Virus record (IMG/VR): IMGVR_UViG_2602041781_000001 | Span: 1,767 to 65,766 of that record | DNA length: 64,000 nt | Direction: 5' to 3' (one strand) | Origin: a virus | Taxonomy: Duplodnaviria; Caudoviricetes | Part shown: positions 61,095 to 64,000 of the stretch, in pieces | How positions within the stretch are numbered: position 1 is the stretch's first letter | Layout of the letters: each line of letters begins with the position of its first letter | Position numbers and translations under genes: made by a program | Notes under the pieces: generated by a model | What the model was told of the DNA's origin: nothing | The model's database searches: none | The model's input: the letters and a program-made list of their open reading frames with translations, nothing else

Positions 61095-61108
61095 ACGTCG
61101 CGTACCGT
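61080..61108 (+). promoter_or_regulatory. SigA-type promoter, probably leaderless
   Basis: TTGACA-17 bp-TACCGT, ATG 7 nt downstream. Confidence 0.7.
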
Positions 61109-61115
61109 AGGTGAC

Positions 61116-61337
61116 ATGAAGGAAGACGTGAGAGACCTGGTCGGATCGACAGCCTCGGTCGGGATGTCGCTGCTGATCACCTTCAGCGTCCTTCGCCTCA
61201 CCGACGTCATCGACTGGTCCTGGGGATGGGTACTCGCCCCTCTCTGGGCACCGGCCGTTGTCTTCGGTGGGGCGATGGGCCTGAGCCTCCTCGCGGTGCG
61301 GATCCGCACCGCGCTCACCAGGAAAGGACGACGATGA
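61116..61337 (+). CDS. small membrane protein
   Basis: LRLTDVIDWSWGWVLAPLW motif, two TM segments. Confidence 0.8.
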   Translation: MKEDVRDLVGSTASVGMSLLITFSVLRLTDVIDWSWGWVLAPLWAPAVVFGGAMGLSLLAVRIRTALTRKGRR

Positions 61338-61978
61338 TCGACGAGAACGTATCGGAGCCGGATGAGCCCGGCACTGCGATGCACGAGCTGCTGGAGAAGT
61401 ACCTCGGCTTCCCGCCGATGAAGAGTGTCCAGGTCAGCCTGCCGCGGCAGCACAGCAAGAACCTCCTGGTCAAGGCGCTGGAGGCCGGAGTTCCGACGGA
61501 GCCGACCGAGTTTCCGGAGGGGATGAAGGCGCTCGGATTCACCGACATGCCGAGCCTGCCTGAGCTTCGGCGGAAGGTCCAGGAGGCCGCGGACGCCGAG
61601 GCCCTGCGTCAGATCCGCAACCTGACCCATGAGCGGATGGCTGCCGACCGGATGGACGCCTTCCCCGAGCGGATCCAGATGACGGTGCGAGGGTTCCCGA
61701 AGACCGAAGATGCCGCGCATCAGCATTTCCAGGACGCGATGGCGAAGTTCGCTCGCGAGGTACTGCCGCCGTTCCGCGACTCGATCCAAGGCCTGTTCCA
61801 GACCGTCGAGACCACGTGGCGGTCGATGACTCCAGCGATGGAGATGATCGCGAAGATCGAGCGCGAGATGGACGGGAAGCCGGTCCATCCCAAGGACATT
61901 CGCGACGAGCGTGGGGTCAAGCAGCCCTCGCCGGTGCCGCCGTTCTGGGCCGCGCGACCGAACGGACGACGCCGATGA
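61334..61978 (+). CDS. hypothetical protein
   Basis: GAAAGGA RBS; PPFWA..P terminus. Confidence 0.75.
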   Translation: MIDENVSEPDEPGTAMHELLEKYLGFPPMKSVQVSLPRQHSKNLLVKALEAGVPTEPTEFPEGMKALGFTDMPSLPELRRKVQEAADAEALRQIRNLTHERMAADRMDAFPERIQMTVRGFPKTEDAAHQHFQDAMAKFAREVLPPFRDSIQGLFQTVETTWRSMTPAMEMIAKIEREMDGKPVHPKDIRDERGVKQPSPVPPFWAARPNGRRR

Positions 61979-62253
61979 CAAATGAACCGACGTGCGAGAA
62001 GAAGAACTGGCGCACCGGAAGCCAGTGTGTGCTGCCCGAGGGGCACACCACCTGGCACACCAACGGGACGAACCAGAGCTGGTCCCGGCACGATCGGCTA
62101 CGCGCCGAGGACTATCCCGATCCCGAGGCCGTCGAGGCGCTCATGGAACTCGTGGCCGAGTTCGGCGCCACCGACAACATGGGGCCGAGCGATTGGGACG
62201 GCCAAGATCTACTTGGCGAGTTCCTGGAGAAGTACGAGGTCAGAAGCCGATGA
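61975..62253 (+). CDS. hypothetical protein
   Basis: C...C.LPEGH...H; coupled. Confidence 0.7.
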   Translation: MTNEPTCEKKNWRTGSQCVLPEGHTTWHTNGTNQSWSRHDRLRAEDYPDPEAVEALMELVAEFGATDNMGPSDWDGQDLLGEFLEKYEVRSR

Positions 62254-62504
62254 TGCATGACCCGCTGCCGGGCTCGCGCAAGGCGATGAAGGATCGCGGC
62301 GCGAGCCTGGGCAACCGAGAGACCCGCAAGTTCATGCGCAGGCTCATCGCGGCCGGTGGCGAGATCCGGGCCTCGTCCGGCAAAGGCCACCCGCGACTGT
62401 TCTACCGAGGCGCCTTCGTCGCCTCGATCTCCCTGTCCCCCTCGGACTCTCGTGCCGAGAAGAACGTGCTCGCCAAGGCTAGGCGCGCAGGAATGAGTAT
62501 CTGA
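62250..62504 (+). CDS. hicA: HicA-like toxin
   Basis: R.F.RRL.AAG.EI...GKGHPRL......S.SPSD.RA.KN..A..RRAG pattern. Confidence 0.7.
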   Translation: MMHDPLPGSRKAMKDRGASLGNRETRKFMRRLIAAGGEIRASSGKGHPRLFYRGAFVASISLSPSDSRAEKNVLAKARRAGMSI

Positions 62505-62962
62505 TGAAATACCAGGTGAAAGACCTGATCGAGGCCACCGAGCGCATCATCGCGCAAGCAGACCAGAAGGCCGACGAGGCCGCGAAGAAGTGGATGGCTG
62601 ACCACGAGCAGTTCTACCGCGCGCTGCGAGACCGGATGACCCAACGCCTCCGGAAGCACGAGCCGATCACCGAACAGGACTTCGAGGAGACAGTCGGCAA
62701 GACCGACCTCGGGTACGGCCGACGACGGGCCTTCCACGATCCCCGTCGCACGCCGATCACGTCACTTCGGCAGACGCGACCCCGGGGTCACCTGAACATC
62801 TTCTACAGCGACATCGTGGCGCTACGAGACACCCTGCGTGACCTTGACCGGGAGGAGATAACCGACCGGGACCTCACCGACCTCGGGTTCAACCGGTACG
62901 GCGCGGTGATCAACCGGCTCCAGAACCCGGACCGCTACTGGGGAAATCAGGTGATCTGGTGA
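62504..62962 (+). CDS. hypothetical protein
   Basis: 152 aa, coupled. Confidence 0.75.
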   Translation: MKYQVKDLIEATERIIAQADQKADEAAKKWMADHEQFYRALRDRMTQRLRKHEPITEQDFEETVGKTDLGYGRRRAFHDPRRTPITSLRQTRPRGHLNIFYSDIVALRDTLRDLDREEITDRDLTDLGFNRYGAVINRLQNPDRYWGNQVIW

Positions 62963-63387
62963 GCGACACCGCGCTGAAGGTGGCCGTCGGCGACGTCCTG
63001 AAGGTCCGGCGCCGGATTCGGGACCACGACGCCGAGAACGCCGAGAAGAAGAGGACCGGCCGACCGTTCGGCTCGAAGGTCTTCACCTGGAACTACACCG
63101 AGGTGACAGTGACCAAAGTCGGCCGGGTGTACTTCTACGCCAACAAGGTCAACGAGTTCGGCGGGGTGTGGGAGCGCAAGTTCCGGCTAGACAACGGCTA
63201 CGAGGTCGCCGGAATCGAAGGGTGCCAGGCTTTCACCCCGGAGTCTCTCGCGGCGCACGAACGGCGGGAGAAGGCGGAGAAGCAACTCAACGACCTGACC
63301 AGGAGCCCGTCCTGGCAGAACAAGCTGTCCATCACCGCGGTGGAAGGCATCGTCGCAATTCTAACCGCCGAGGAGGCCATCCAGTGA
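62959..63387 (+). CDS. hypothetical protein (SH3-like beta barrel pattern)
   Basis: VGDVL...VTVTKVGRVYFY. Confidence 0.75.
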   Translation: MSDTALKVAVGDVLKVRRRIRDHDAENAEKKRTGRPFGSKVFTWNYTEVTVTKVGRVYFYANKVNEFGGVWERKFRLDNGYEVAGIEGCQAFTPESLAAHERREKAEKQLNDLTRSPSWQNKLSITAVEGIVAILTAEEAIQ

Positions 63388-63743
63388 GCGAAGCCGAATA
63401 CCGAAGCCTGGGGCCGCGCGATGCCATGCGCGCGCTGCTCCAGCAGTGTCAGACCCAGAGCGGGCCGCTGCGCGACAACGACGGCCTGATCGACAACTTC
63501 ATGGCGCAGTGGGTCGTGATGTCGAAGGTCGACTACGACGTCGACAACGCTCGGCAGGCCGAGTGGCAGGTCGAGGCGAAGCGCGCGTTCGCGGTGATGC
63601 TCCAGGCGATCAAGTCCCTCCCCGCGGCGCGCTACCTCGGCGGGGGAGAGGAGATCGGTCAGCGGGTGCTCGACGAGGCCGCCCGGATCTACCAGTTCCA
63701 CGGCCTCGACGCCGACACCGAGTTCGAGAGGTTCATGCCGTGA
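63384..63743 (+). CDS. hypothetical protein
   Basis: GGAGG RBS; GTGA-coupled. Confidence 0.7.
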   Translation: MSEAEYRSLGPRDAMRALLQQCQTQSGPLRDNDGLIDNFMAQWVVMSKVDYDVDNARQAEWQVEAKRAFAVMLQAIKSLPAARYLGGGEEIGQRVLDEAARIYQFHGLDADTEFERFMP

Positions 63744-64000
63744 AGAAACTGATGGCGCCGTTCGCAGGCCTGCGATTCCGCCGGGAGTACGCGGTGGAGT
63801 GGATCTCGGCTCGTCGGGACGAAGGCCCCTTGGTGACCACCCAATCCGAGGCAACGCGGTCCTACGAGGTCGCGCGGTCGGCGTCGGCGTGGCTCAACCG
63901 AACACCCGGGATCATCTGGGCTCGCGTCGTCGAGCGGACGGTGCGGGAGGAACGGCCGCATTGGTGGCATCCGTGGCGAACGACCGGCGAGACGCGCTGG
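63740..64000 (+). CDS. hypothetical protein, truncated by the window end
   Basis: GTG 63740 after GAGG; frame appears open to the end. Confidence 0.5.
   Translation, partial: MKKLMAPFAGLRFRREYAVEWISARRDEGPLVTTQSEATRSYEVARSASAWLNRTPGIIWARVVERTVREERPHWWHPWRTTGETRW

Overview
A near-complete genome of a GC-rich, apparently lytic actinobacterial siphovirus. Gene content and order resemble Gordonia cluster CR-type phages; this is from recollection, not a search. The assembly is permuted: a candidate cos site (57293-57302) and the small terminase (57424) lie near the right end. Layout: (1) 1-31082, rightward: LysB-like cutinase, HNH, TerL, portal, head and tail genes, a -1 frameshifted tail chaperone, a tape measure with Rpf-like and peptidase-like domains, split lysin A and holins. 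(2) 31079-49839, leftward replication arm: primase-helicase, two WhiB, a double-HTH protein, RuvC-like, DnaE, SSB-like, Sak4-like ATPase, Cas4-like nuclease and SNF2 helicase. (3) 50396-56487, a rightward cassette of small genes with repeated promoters and RBS motifs. (4) An AT-rich island, cos, TerS and small genes including an orphan HicA. I saw no integrase, tRNA or CRISPR array. The most notable signals: a tandem array of four actinobacterial LexA (SOS) boxes plus dispersed copies; a nine-site TTGACGTCAA operator network built into SigA-type promoters; a split endolysin with an internal RBS/ATG and a helix shared by both catalytic subunits (possible hetero-multimeric lysin); and eight frame-independent TGGGCGGCA iteron-like repeats inside a CDS.
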